In this document: one piece after another, positions 1-11,968 of the stretch
Position numbering within the stretch: the first letter of the stretch is position 1
Layout: each line of letters starts with the position of its first letter
Source: Mobula hypostoma
Taxonomy: Eukaryota
Direction of reading: 5' to 3'
Length of the DNA stretch: 64,000 nt
Assembly (NCBI RefSeq): GCF_963921235.1
Contig: NC_086107.1
Location: forward strand, 112,284,001-112,348,000
Position numbers and translations under genes: made by a program
Notes under the pieces: model-generated
Database searches by the model: none
What the model saw: the letters and a program-made list of their open reading frames with translations, nothing else
Told to the model about the DNA's origin: nothing

Positions 1-322
1 GAGAGACAATATTACATTTAAAACAAGCTATATTTATTTGCAATCTAACAATGTATGAACATTTATTTATGGATGATCAAAATGATTGAGTTCAACATGC
101 TGTTTGATAGGGAGAAAAGGAAAAAACAGTCGATAAGAATTCAGATTTTAGACTGTGGTGAAGATGAATGAGACACAAAATGGCCAAATCCATTAATGTA
201 GAAAAAGATAGGATATTGACAGGGGTGAGTTATAGGTATTCTAGCAATTGAAAACAAGTTCATACCCATTTGGTGCAAGCTCCCCTTTAACCAAAACAAA
301 AACAGCCAAGGGCTGTTTGTTG

Positions 323-997
323 AGGAGAAGATGGCAACGCGACGACAGCGCATGCGGCCACTTCGGTGGTGATGTCTGTTATCTGTCAAGTAGGGGACCG
401 TGCACAATTCTGATTTGATGGAGAGACGGACGTGAGAGCACGGAGGACCAACTGGAAACTTCTGGAATGCCCGCTTCGCTGCCGCTGCTACTGTGTGGTA
501 ACCAGAATCTCTGGAGCTGAAGGCCCCGAAATCCTCAACTTTGCGTGTTTCAGCGGCCGGGGCGAGGTCGAAGGTGCTCGGCAGAGGATGGCGCTCGGGA
601 GGCTGTATCAGAGAGGCTGGTCGGAAGCTCAGAGTTTTCGGACGGATGGATTCCGAGTCGGCTGCTTCCAAGGCATCGGCAAGTTGACGGTGCCTGGAGA
701 TTTATAGCAGGGAGTTTCTCCCTTTTGCCGCCTGCTATCGGGGACTCGGGAGTCGATCAACTCGGGACTTTGAGACTTTTTTTTTACTGTGCTTATGATC
801 TGTTCTTTATCAAATTATGGTATTGCTTTGCACTGCTGTAACTATATGTTATAATTATGTGGTTCTATCAGTGTTAGTCTTTGGTTTGTCCTGTTTTCTG
901 TGATATCACTCTGGGGAAACATTGTATCATTTCTTAATGTGTGTATGCATTTCTAAATGACAATAAAAGAGGACTGAGTGTTCTCATAATCTAAATC
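323..997 (+). mobile_element. Non-autonomous element with CpG-rich head and Rex1/Babar-type 3' tail
   Basis: Starts GGAGAAGATGGC and ends ...TGACAATAAAAGAGGACTGAGTGTTCTCATAATCTAAATC; the same tail occurs in reverse at 4450-4636; no coding homology recognised. Confidence 0.6.
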
Positions 998-1029
998 AAA
1001 AGGTAAAATACAAAATGCAACTTAAAAAT

Positions 1030-1325
1030 GAAGATTAGCTTTATTGTCACGTGTACATTGAAACATAAAATGTGTCATTTGCATTGAATCAAATCAGCAA
1101 GGATTGTGCCAGAGGCCATCTGGAAGTATCGCCCTGCATTCACGCCTACACAGCATGTCTACAGCTTACTAACGTTAAACTGTCCATCTTGAAATATGGG
1201 AGGAAACCGGAGCACTCAGGGGAAATCCATGTGGTCACAAGGAGAACGTACAAACTCCTTACAGGCAGTGACGGGAATCGAACCGTGATCGCCCGTGCTG
1301 TAAAGTGGCATGCTATCTGCTGCTG
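1030..1325 (-). mobile_element. tRNA-derived SINE (HE1/V-SINE-like)
   Basis: Minus-strand B-box GGTTCGATTCCCG and body GGAGTTTGTACGTTCTCC...GTGCTCCGGTTTCCTCCC, recurring many times in the window. Confidence 0.7.
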
Positions 1326-4300
1326 TAAAGGTAAATAAACTTTTACTGCCATCTACGCAATTCTCTCTCACATGCTTTCAGTCATGTTTCTCTCTCCTTT
1401 CTGGGTCATGATCCTTGACCATCTCGGTCACTTTTTGGTTCCCAACTAGCTTCTTTCTTACTCGATCTGTGTCATTTCCCATGGATCTCATTCCCTTTCT
1501 GTCTCTGTCACTTTGAGCCTCACACATCGCTCTAACTCTGTAACTCTCCCTCGCTCCTTAGTCACTTTGTTTAAGCAATGCTCTGTCCTTCGGTCTGTGT
1601 CACTTTTTTCTGCACACACACACATTGTCATCATTTCTGTCTGGCCCTCTCTCCCTTTCCCTCTGCACCTTCATTTACTCTTCTCTTCATTCCTTGATAG
1701 TGTCTCCCACTCTTCTTGGCTTCACAAGTAATCCCAGCTATATCCCATCTATCCCACAATCTGGAGCAAAAGCTCGACAGCCCCCCCACCTCGCCCTGCA
1801 CCTTACGCTGAGCTGCAGACCTGGCCTGACCTTTACAGTGGATTAGTCAGCTCACTGACAAACGGCAGCTCGCTACCTAGGCGAGAACGAAAGGCATAGC
1901 ACAGCAGCTCAAGTTACGCAAGCAAGCAGCCATACAATCCCTTGTGCGGGCTTTTATTCAGCTGACTGCTCAATATTCAGAACTGGCGGAATAAAAGTTA
2001 GCCAATCTCGTTCGGCAGCACTTTTTCTTTAAATGCCTGAGCTGTCGAGACCCGAGTGTCAACACTTCAGTGCTGTGCTGCGTGTGCAATGCAGGTTCCA
2101 GGAAGACTTGCGATAGGCTATGTGTAGAAAATTGGTGCACGATCTAACAAATGCGACATTACTGCATTGTCTTCAGTCACTCTTACCCCAGTAACCTTTG
2201 CTCTTACAGAAAGGACAGGCATTGGCAACACCAAAAAGTACTTTTTCCCCTCTGAAACTGTTACAATGCACCAGACTGGTGCACATGCAAGATCCCACCG
2301 TCTAACACACAAACCAGCTTGCAGGTCAGGCAGCATCCACGGAGAGAGAACCAGAGGTAATGTTTGACCCATCACCAGAACCAGGTGGTTGAGGAGACAA
2401 GATAGTTTTAAGTTGCGGAGGGAGGGGGTGCAAAGAACAAAGGGAATATTTCTCATTGGGTAAAGGTAGGTTGCTGAGAGGATGCCAGTGTAAATGAGTG
2501 AATATATTAATAACGTGGTTAGAGAGAGGAAGAAAACCAAAGGGATATTATAAAGGTCATGAAATGCAGGTCAGAGTTGTGGCATCCTTCATTTTCCAAA
2601 ACCCTTTAGCAGTCCCACCAGTTCCTTAACTTCATTGAAAATTGCAGTCTAGCAACGAGTGATTGTATTCAGTGTTTCTCTTGCCCCTTTGGTCATTGGA
2701 AATGTGTAAAATACTGGAAGTCTGTTTCCCTTGTCTATTGAAGAGACAGGTGACAGGGGAGCCGCCTGGCCTCGCTTGTAGTGAGGACTAGGCCTCAAGC
2801 CGCAGGCTTTCCTGTTGTAGTAGTCCAGCAGAGGGGACACTGGAGGCAGTGTAACATGGTGTCCATGCTGGGTTGGGGGCTTGCCCCTCCCATCGCTACT
2901 GCTCTCCAGTGTTCACTCAGTTGTAAACAAGCTGGATTGTGTTCATGGGACTGCTGAGAACTGCTTGTTCTTGCCAATGACACCAATGCACCATCAACTT
3001 ACAGGACGTCACACAGAGACTTGGGCTATATATATTTTTTATGAGACTGTCTGTTTACTATCTTATACGTGCTATATGTGTCTTGTGCTGAGTGTGACTG
3101 TTAAAAATTGTGTTTTGCACTTGGCCCTTGTTTCGTTTGGCTGTATTCATGGGTATTCATGTATGGTTGAAGGATAATTTAACTTGAACTTGAAAATCAA
3201 AAACCTACAGATGCTGATATAAAAATAGGAATACCAAAATATGCTCAGCTGGCCAGTCAGTATCAACAGAGAGAGAAACAACAGGTTGACAGGATATAAA
3301 TTTATACCATCACTTGGAGATACGAGAAAATGAAGGGTGGCTGAATATGTCTGCAAGTGCCGTGGAAGCTGAGACCCTTAAGCACTCCCTGGATGAATAC
3401 TTGCACCCCTCAGCCAGCTGGCTCTTGAACCAAAGGGGATAACTTCACTCAGTTTCACTTGCCCCATCATTGTAATGTTCCCACTCACTTTCAAGGATTC
3501 CTCATCTCATGTCCTCAATATTTATTGTTTATTTATTTATAATAATGTTTCTTCTTTTTGCATTTGAACAGCTTGTTATCTTCTGCACTCTGGTTGAACA
3601 CCCTAACACACTGATCCTGTTTACAGTTACTATTCTATAGATTCGCTGAGTATGCCCGCAGGAAAATGAATCTCAGGGTTGTATATGGTGACATGTATGT
3701 ACTTCGATAATAAAATTTACTTCGAGCTTTGAACTTTGAACACCAGTAACTGACATGACTATGGCTGAGAACTTGAACAACATTGGCTATCCAGCGATAG
3801 GGGAAACCCTTACTGCAGAGTGTGGTAGCTCTGATACAGACAGGAAAAGCAAGATACTTAAAATTAGAGATATCAGAATTGAGCCCAGGTGGTGGAAAGG
3901 TCACCAGAATGAAGTTGAGATGCTGCCCCTCAAAAACCTAAAGATATGTGCGATGGGAGGTCAATTGCCACTGTGGATTGCCCCTTGTGTATCGGTGGGT
4001 GGAGAATTGATGGGGTCTGTGGGAAGAATAAATGGGTTTGTGGATTAATTAGCTATTTCTTGTTTATTAAGGGTGTCAAAGGTTACAGGGAGAAAGCAGA
4101 AGAATGGGGTTGAGAGGATTAATAAAACGCAGTGATGGAAAGGTGAAGCAGATGCGATGGTCCAAATGGCCGATTGGTGCTTCTAATAGTCTTATGGTCT
4201 ATTCTAAAAGTGTGTGGAAGTGTGTAGTTCCATCGTAGGGAACTGATGGGAATGTAGGGAGAACAGTAGCAGGGTAGATCAGTGGGGAAATGGGATTAAT

Positions 4301-5504
4301 CTATGTGCTGACATGGACTTTATTGGCTGAATATTCTTACTCAATATCAATGAAAATATGATGAGAGGCTGACATAAAAAAATAGGAGCGGGAGTAAGTG
4401 ACGTGGAGCCTAAAGCCTGCCCCACTGCTGAATAAAACCACAGGCCTCATTAGATTAGATTAGATTATGAGGACACACAGTCCTCTTTTATTGTCATTTA
4501 GTAATGCATGCATTAAGAAATGATGCAATATTTCCTCCGGTGTGATATCACAAAACACAGGACAGACCAAGACTGAAAACCTAACAAAACCACATAATTA
4601 TAACATATAGTTACAACAGTGCAACAATACCATAACAGGCCATTCTCCCCTTCTGAAACACTTCACCCCATCTCTCCATTCTCTGAAAATGTATCTCCTC
4701 CTTTTTAGATGCCTCTTGCTTTTGCAATCTCTCTGCTTTAGGGCATTCTAGTGGTACTCCATCCTCTGCAAGAAGAAATTCATGCTCACCTCCGGTTTAA
4801 CAGACTGTTCCCTTATCAGAATCAGGTCTAACATCGCCGGTATGTTGTGAAATCTGTTAATTTTGCAGCAGCAGTGCATTGCAATATATAATAATAGAGA
4901 AAAAGAACTGTGAATTAAAGTAGATATATATAATTAAATTAAATAAGTTGTGCAAAAAATAGAAATAAAAAAGTAGTGAGGTAGTGTTCATGGGTTCAAT
5001 GTCCATTCAGAAATTGGATGGCAGAGGGGAAGAAGCTGTTCCTGAATCGCTGAGTGTGTGCCTTCAGACTCCTGTATCTCCTTCCTGATGGTAACAATGA
5101 GAAGCGGGCATGTCCTGGGTGATGGGGGTCCCTTCATAATGGATGTCACATCTTGTAACTATGTCCCCCCCCCATTTGAGACACTTCCAACAAGGGAAAA
5201 TATCTTGACAAGTACACCTCCATATCTCCTCAGGATTTTTAAGACCACTCTTCATTCTTCTTATCTTCCAAGAAAACAAATCTAACTATAATATTTTATC
5301 CATTCATAGTAGAACATTTCTCCATTGTAGGATTTAGCCCTGAGAACCTCTTCTCAACTGTCTCCAGTTTTATAATAGCCAAAGTCAAAGTCAAAGTAAA
5401 TTTATTATCAAGATACAAGGAATAAGCTTCCATGTAAGTACCTTAAGATTTCAAGGTACCTTGGGATAGAAGCCTGGTGCATTTCTATCTAGCCATTATG
5501 AAAC

Positions 5505-5680
5505 TACTCAACACACTCAAAATGCTGAAGGAACTCAGCAGATCATGACAGAAGGTCTTGGCCAGAAACATCAACTGTTTATTCCTCTCAGTAGATGCAG
5601 TCTGACTTGCTGAGTTCCTCCAGCATTTTGTGTGCATTATTCTGTACTCCCAGTTTATGCAAAATCTCTTGTGTTTTTGA
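5505..5680. mobile_element. Penelope-derived palindromic mini-element
   Basis: CAAAATGCTGAAGGAACTCAGCA ... TGCTGAGTTCCTCCAGCATTTTG inverted arms around a degenerate hammerhead-like core. Confidence 0.6.
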
Positions 5681-6027
5681 AAACTATTGAACAGTCACCT
5701 ACTATGATAAGATGGAATCTTGACCTCACAAGCTACCTTGAATGACCTTCCATCTACTTATCTGCCTGCACTGCACGTTCTCAGTAACATTTTATTCTGC
5801 ATTCTGTTACTGTTTTTCTTGTACTACCTCGATGCACTGTGCAATGAAGAGATTGGAATGGATGGCGTGCAAAACAAAGTTTTTCACAGTGCCTCAGTTA
5901 TTATGACCATCATAATTAAATCAAAATCCAAATCAAATCATTACACACATGACTCTTTGCAAATAATGTGACCAAAGCCATACGCAGTACTCCGGACAAA
6001 CTCTAGAATCAGAATCAAGGTTAATAT

Positions 6028-6512
6028 CAAACACGAGAAAGTCTGAAGATGCTGGAAATCCAAAGCCACACACACAAAATGCTGGAGGAACCTAGCAGGC
6101 CAGGCAGCATTTATGGAAATGAATAAACAGTCGACGTTTCGGGCCGAGACCCTTCATTGGAACTGGAAAGGAAGGGGGAAGATGCCAGAATAAGGTGGGG
6201 GGAGGGTAGGTGAAGAAGGACAAGCTACAAGGTGATAGGTGAAGCCAGGTAGATGGGGGAGGAGGGGTGAAGTAAGAAGCTGGGAAGTGATAGGTGGGAA
6301 AGGGAAAGGGCTGGAGAAGAAGGAATCTGAAAGGAGAAGAGGGTGAGCCATGGGAGAAAGGGAAGAAGGGGGAGCACCTGGGGGATTTGATAGGCAGGTG
6401 AGGAGAAGAGGTAAGAGGTAAGAGGCCAGAGTTGGGAATTAAAGAAGAGGGAAGAGGGAAGGGGGGGATAATACTGGAAATTGGAAAAATCAATGTTCCT
6501 GCCATCAGGCTG
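6028..6512 (-). mobile_element. Penelope-like element 3' end / pseudo-LTR
   Basis: End of GIY-YIG region (CAGCCTGATGGCAGGAACATTGATTTT), pyrimidine-rich spacer, then CCAATGAAGGGTCTCGGCCCGAAACGTCGACTG hammerhead-like motif; homologous to 10790-11485. Confidence 0.75.
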
Positions 6513-6664
6513 AGAGTAGCTCCATGTGCTATCTCACCAACACCCTGTACAACAGAACCAAGACTTTTCTACTTCTGCCCCCCGCCCCAACCTATTTGCA
6601 TTAAAGGTCAATGTAGCCTTCCTAAGCAGCTCGCTAAATTCTGTTTATCACGCACACGATGGTC

Positions 6665-6860
6665 TCAGTACAGTGAGGGTAGCACTACTGAGTTAGGGGA
6701 GCTGCCATTCTATTGAGATCCTGCCTGACCTCTCCGGAAGATCTTTCATGTCATTTTGGAAAAGAACAGCAGATTTCTTCCCAGAATGCTGGGCAATAGT
6801 TATTCTCCCACTGATACATATTATCAGAATCGTATCTGGGTGATCAAACAGAGGAGTCTA
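6665..6860 (+). mobile_element. Old DeuSINE (SacSINE1-like) Deu-domain remnant
   Basis: Degenerate match to the Deu-domain pattern (...TTTTGGAAAAGAACAGCAGATTTCTTCCCAGAATGCTGGGCAATAGTTATTCTCCC...). Confidence 0.5.
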
Positions 6861-6981
6861 CTCCCAAATGTACAGTTCCCAATCAAAATCAGCATCAGGT
6901 TTATTATCATTGTCGTAAGTCGTGAAATTTGTTGTTTTGTGACAGCAGCACAGTGTAAGACATAAAAATTACTATAAATTA

Positions 6982-7187
6982 TGATTCCTTTCTGTTCCTT
7001 TCCACGCTTTATGGTGCATCGGGCGGCAGCTTGCCGTTCCTTTAACATTTTTGTCTGTTTTTTTTTACGAAGGCCGAGTTGCTATCTCAACACTCAACCC
7101 AACGCGGACGGAAAGCGTGCAAGGAAGGGGTCGACCAGATTCGAACCCGGGACAACTCACTTTGAAGTCGCTATATGACTGGCCGGC
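6982..7187 (-). mobile_element. tRNA-derived SINE with RTE-like tail
   Basis: Minus-strand CCGGGTTCGAATCTGG B-box; 3' GCCGCCCGATGCACCATAAAGCGTGGAAAGGAAC resembles RTE termini; interrupts a Rex-type 3' UTR. Confidence 0.5.
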
Positions 7188-8202
7188 AACAAATGATAAT
7201 AAGTATATTAGTAAATATGGCAAAAAAGAGAGCAGGATAGTGAGGTAGTGTTAATGGGGTTCACGGACCGTTCAGAAATTTGGTGGCAGAGGGACAAAGC
7301 TATTTCTAAAATATTGAATGTGTGCCTTCTGGCTCCTGTAACACTCTCCCTGATGGTAGTAATGAGAAGAAGGCATGCCCTGGGTGGCGGGAGTCCTTCA
7401 TGGTGGATGCCTCCTTCTTGACTTCAAAAGTTCATTTAATATCAGAGAATGTATACAGTATACAACCTGAAATTCGTACTCTTCATAGACATCCACAAAA
7501 CAAGAAACCCCAGAGAATGAATGATAGAAATATTGAAGCTCCGACGTTGCCCTGTCCTCCCCATCCTTCACAAAAGAGGCATCACCTTTTGGAGATGTCC
7601 TTGAAGGTGGGGAAGCTAGTGCCCAAGATGGAAAAGACTCAGTTTACAACCCTTTGCGGCTTTTCCCGAACCTGTGCAGTGGTGCCTCCATTTCAGAGCA
7701 GTGAACTATGTTAGTTCACAGTGATGGAACTAACGTAGAGGTGCCGCCTCACAGTTCCAGTTCGATCCTGAGGTAAGGCGCTGCCTCTGGGGGTTTGCAC
7801 CCTCCCCCGATGACCCGCATGAGTTTCCCCCTGTTCTTCTCATCTCTTTCCACCTCGCAAGGACGGTTGGCTACTGGAGCATAAGTGAGTGGTGGGATCC
7901 AGTTTAGTTGATGGGATTGTGAAGGGAACATAATGTAATTAGTGAAGGATGAGTGTAAACAAATGGTTGATGGTTAACATTGGATTGCGGGCTGAAGGGA
8001 CTGCTTTCAAGTTTTCCCACTCAATGACTCCATTGCAGCACTTTAAAGTAGCTTCATTTACTTTTAGAACCCCCTGAAAGGGACATAGAAGTTGCTACAG
8101 AATATTTTCTTCCATTTATAGTTACAGTACAGAATAGGCCCTTCCTGCCCTTCGAGCCCTGCTGCCCAGCAACCCCGATTTAACCCTTGCCTAATCATGG
8201 GA

Positions 8203-8665
8203 GTGGTCGGCGACTTGGGCCGGTTCCCCCACTGGACTTAGTCTGGTTGGAGGGTGTGAGGACACCCAGCAGGACTGATAAAAACAAGACCTGACAAAGG
8301 GCGGATGAGCTCCTTGTGAGCCAACGGCCATCTTCCGTGGAAGAGATTAAAGCCTCACCATGCATCTACTAATCGTACGCTATCTACCTAGTTAGAAGAG
8401 ACACGATGAACCTGGGCGCTGCACCGTGTGCCTGGACCTGCCCAAGGCCTCCGCCTAAGGAAGGGCCGAGCTCGAAGAAGCAGCCGCGGCTGGAGGCCGA
8501 CACGGCCTCGGGCTCGAGTTCGGCGGGGGCGGCAGCGGGCGGTGCCAAGGGGGCCAGCGAGAACAAACTGGAGGAGAGGCTGTACTCGGTGCTGTCGCAA
8601 GATCGAAGAAGATGGAGGTGCATAGCCGCCAACCCTGGATTCATGACGGCACCGCTGACTGACTA
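8203..8665 (+). mobile_element. Bipartite non-autonomous RTE-like retroelement carrying a captured gene fragment
   Basis: Target-site duplication AATCATGGGA (8193-8202) / AATCACGGGA (8666-8675); 3' part encodes QDRRRWRCIAANP (RTE ORF C-terminal motif) and ends in a (CTGA)n tail; 5' part resembles an RTE 5' UTR. Confidence 0.75.
8418..8595 (+). pseudogene. ZFTRAF1: Circularly permuted fragment of the ZFTRAF1/CYHR1 5' coding region
   Basis: 8454-8595 encodes PKEGPSSKKQPRLE...[12 protein letters not shown]+T; 8418-8453 reads GC TGC ACC GTG TGC CTG GAC CTG CCC AAG GCC TCC G; joined end-to-start they give [22 protein letters not shown], the conserved CYHR1 sequence. Confidence 0.85.
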
Positions 8666-9358
8666 AATCACGGGACAATTTACAATGACCAATTAACCTA
8701 CTGACTGGTAGATCTTCAGACTGTGGGAGGAAACCGGAGCACCTGGAGGAAACCTATACATTCCACGGGGAGAACATACAGATTCCTTACAGGCAACGAT
8801 GGAATTGGACTCTGAACTCCAACACCCCGAGCTGTAAAAGTGTTGCACCAACCACTGCGCTACTGTAGCGCAGGAATGCAAGTCTGTCTTTTTGAGCTGA
8901 ATGCAGACAGTTTGCTAAACAGTATGATGATTAAGTTGGAATGCTTCGGATTTTGAACAGGTCCACCACATGAGGAGGTCATCAGAAATCCAAGTCCAGC
9001 AGCTCTAATTCCCAGAGGGATGTGAAAGGCTGAGCTGTTAACTGGCTCACAGTCTCACTAAAGGACTTGAGGACCTGAGTTATAGGGAAAGATTGAATAG
9101 GTTAGGCGCCAGCGTCCGACGGTAATGTGATGCAGACTTCTTTCTGACCGCGATCGATTGCAGCCTGTAATTTCCCATTTACGGATGTATTTTTGAGCCG
9201 ACTAAACGATCTGACACTCTTGCGATCTCCTGGGGGACTCGCGGTGGATGAGAGTGGAGAGTGCAGCTACGGCCAGGGTGGCCATCACTGGGGGGCGGGG
9301 AGGGGGTTTGTGGGTGCATCAATTCCTGATGGTGGAACACGAACTCGCGGTCGGCTCC

Positions 9359-9591
9359 TGTGGTAAACCATGCATATTTGTTGTAACTGGGTTACCTGTC
9401 TGGACACGCCCCTCTGCTGACTGCTCCTGTGGCTCCTCCCACAGATTCCTGAATAAAGGCGATTGTGCCATTGCTCCTCCCTCAGTCCAGGGACAGATAC
9501 TCAGCATGATGGAGGTCACATTTTACTGCTAATAAAAGCCTTTCAGTATTTACTCTACTCCCAGTCTTTTGGAGTTATTGATAGTGCATCA
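9359..9591 (+). mobile_element. Solo LTR (Gypsy-type)
   Basis: TG...CA termini, internal AATAAA, perfect 5-bp TSD GCTCC (9354-9358 / 9592-9596). Confidence 0.8.
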
Positions 9592-10150
9592 GCTCCATTG
9601 CTCCGTGCCAATTAAAGCACCGAACAAGACTCATTCGTCGAAGACAAGAGCAGAAAACAAAAGGCTTTTCAATGCCTTCTGCCTGTGTTTGACCGGACTC
9701 CCTCTCTTCTCAACGCTGCCATTGGGTGAGAGTTGCAGGAGTCTTGGCCCCACGCCACCCAAGTTTGGGAGCAGTCGTTGCCTGGCAGCCATCGGCCTGC
9801 TGGACAGGCTTCACTTGCCTCAGCACTGAATGAGCCCCACAGCTGAGGACTCACTTTCAGGGACTCTGCAGTCCATGTTCCTTGTGTTTCTGTTGGCTTT
9901 TTCCCCCACTATTTGCACAATTTAACAAAGGCGCCTCTGCGCTGAACTGACTCTGCAGCTGTGGCCTGCGACCGTCGGTGCTGGGCTGAACTGTTACCAT
10001 GGCTCTGCCCTCAATTTCAGAGACTCTGTGGTTAATGTTCTGTGTGCTGTTTATATTGTTCACACAATTTGTTCTTTTTTTCACATATTGTGAGTTTGAT
10101 AGTCTTTGCTGTGTGGGTTTTTTACCTTAAAAGGTTTCTATTGTATTTCA

Positions 10151-11485
10151 CAAACACCAGAAAGTCAGCAGATGTTAGAAATACAAAGCAGACATCCCAC
10201 CTCTCCAGGAAGTTCTGGGAGTCTCCTGTATATTAATAGTGGCTCCCTGATGCCCGCAAATTATATACAATGTCCCGGAAATCAATTTTTTTTGAGAGCG
10301 AGTGTGAGAGAGAGAGCAAGAGAGAGTGTGAGAGAGAAAGAGAGAGCACGAGAGATAGACCACGAGAGCGAGAGAGAGAGAGAGAGAGAGAGCGACCACG
10401 AGAGAGCACGCAAGAGAGAGAGAGTCCGCCATGGCAGAGTGTTCCAAAAAAAGAAAATATAAAACGTACGTCACCCCAGACTACACTAAAGTGTACCCCA
10501 CCTAATAGGGGTCAAAAATAATGACAGTGTTGCTCGCTGCACTGTTTGCAACAGTGACTTTTCTATTGCCCGTGGTGCTTTAAGACTGCAAAAGACATGC
10601 TGAGGTGAGTTTAACGGGTGTCATTCGTTCATTAGCATAGCTAACGTTATTTAAACTAGCTGGCTGGCTGCTAAGGAGCTACTCTATTGCAGACATCCCA
10701 CCTCTCCCGGAAGTTCCAGGAGTCTCCTGCAAATTGATGGTGCTACCTCCCTGAAATGAGTTTTTGCAGGATGGGATGTCTGACAAAGCAACACACACAA
10801 AATGCTGGAGGAATTCAGCAGGCCAGGCAGCATCTTTGGAACTGAATAGACAGTTGATATTTCGGGCTGAGACCCTTCATCAGGACTAAGGAGCAAGGCA
10901 GAAGATGCACAAATAAAAAGATGGAGTGAGGGGAAGGATAGCTAGCTGGAAGGTGAAGCCATTTGGGTGGGATAGGTCAAGGATTGGAGAGGAAGGCATC
11001 TGATAGGAGAGGAGAGTGGACCATAGGAGAAAGGGAAAGAGGAGGGGACCCAGGGAGAATTAATAGGCAGGAGAGAAGAAGTGAAAGGTCAGAGTGGGGA
11101 ATAGAGGAAGGGAGGGGGAAATTGTTCATCGGAAGGTGAAATCAATATTCATGCCATCAGGTTGGAGGGTACACAGACGGAATGTGAAGTGTTGCTCCTC
11201 CACCCTGAGGGTGGCTTCATCCTGGCACAGGAGGAGGCCATGGTTCGACATGTCGGAGTAGGAATGGGAATTGAACTTGAAGTGTTCAGCCACTGGGAAA
11301 TCCCGCTTGCGGCAGATGGAGCAAAGGTGTTCAACAAAGCGGTGCCCTAATTTATGACGGGTCTCACCAGTGTAGGGGAGGCCGCATCGGGAGCACCGGA
11401 CACAACACACAACCCCAGCAGACTCGCAGGTGAAGAGTTGCCTCGCCTGGAAGGACTGTTTGGGGCCCCGAATGGAGGTGAGGTC
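10151..11485 (-). mobile_element. Penelope-like element 3' portion (GIY-YIG endonuclease remnant + pseudo-LTR)
   Basis: ORF 11126-11515: FTCESAGVVCCVRCSRCGLPYTGETRHKLGHRFVEH...VAEHF...EEQHFTFRLCTLQPDGMNIDF; hammerhead-like CTGATGA...CGAAA near 10850-10888; interrupted by a MITE. Confidence 0.85.
10189..10782. mobile_element. hAT-like MITE with 6-bp TSD
   Basis: TIRs CAGACATCCCA / TGGGATGTCTG; flanking ACAAAG at 10183-10188 and 10783-10788; internal second copy of the left end near 10690; internal GA microsatellite. Confidence 0.8.
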
Positions 11486-11569
11486 TTTGCTTTGTGGCTG
11501 CCTGCAAGGAGACAAATGTCAAGGTCGTATACTGCATACATGCTTTTATAATAAATGTACTTTGAACTT

Positions 11570-11968
11570 TAGACTGTATTCCCTGGAGTGTTGGAGAATG
11601 AGGCGAGAATTGATAAAGGTATTCAAAATTATGAGGGGTATAGACAGGGTAAATGCAAGCAGGCTTTTTCCACTGAGGTTGAGTGAGACTTGAACTAGAG
11701 GCCATGGGTTAAGGGTGAAAGGTGCAATATTTAAAGGGAAGATGGGGGGAACCTTCATTCAGAATGTGGAACAAGTTGCCAGAGGAAATGATGTTTATAG
11801 GTTTGATCTCAACATTCAACAGAAATTTGGATAGGTACAAGGATGGGAGGGGTATGGAGGGATATGGTCCAAGTGCAGTTTGATGGGACTAGGCAGAGTA
11901 ATAGTTTGGCATGGACTAGATGGGCCAAAGGGCCTGTTTCTGTGCTGTACTGCTCTATGACTCTATAA
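11570..11968 (+). mobile_element. CR1-type LINE 3' fragment
   Basis: LYSLECWRMRRELIKVFKIMRGIDRVNASRLFPLR (CR1 ORF2 C-terminus) plus 3' UTR. Confidence 0.85.

Larger units (their letters stand above)
8112..8872 (-). mobile_element. tRNA-derived SINE (HE1/V-SINE-like), split by the 8203-8665 insertion
   Basis: Sequence ...TAACCCTTGCCTAATCA[C/T]GGGACAATTTACAATGACC... is contiguous in related copies (about 20990-21120 and 60740-60880) but interrupted here. Confidence 0.8.

Noticed and set aside
141..841. CpG-rich region with ORFs as promoter/first exon
   Set aside because: Contiguous with a Rex-type tail found elsewhere in the window; better explained as a young non-autonomous element
7120..7187. 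tRNA gene
   Set aside because: Only a degenerate B-box in a SINE head; no cloverleaf
8406..8666. Genuine ZFTRAF1 exon 1
   Set aside because: Segment order is permuted, no splice donor follows, no further exons are seen, and it lies in a TSD-bounded insertion within a SINE
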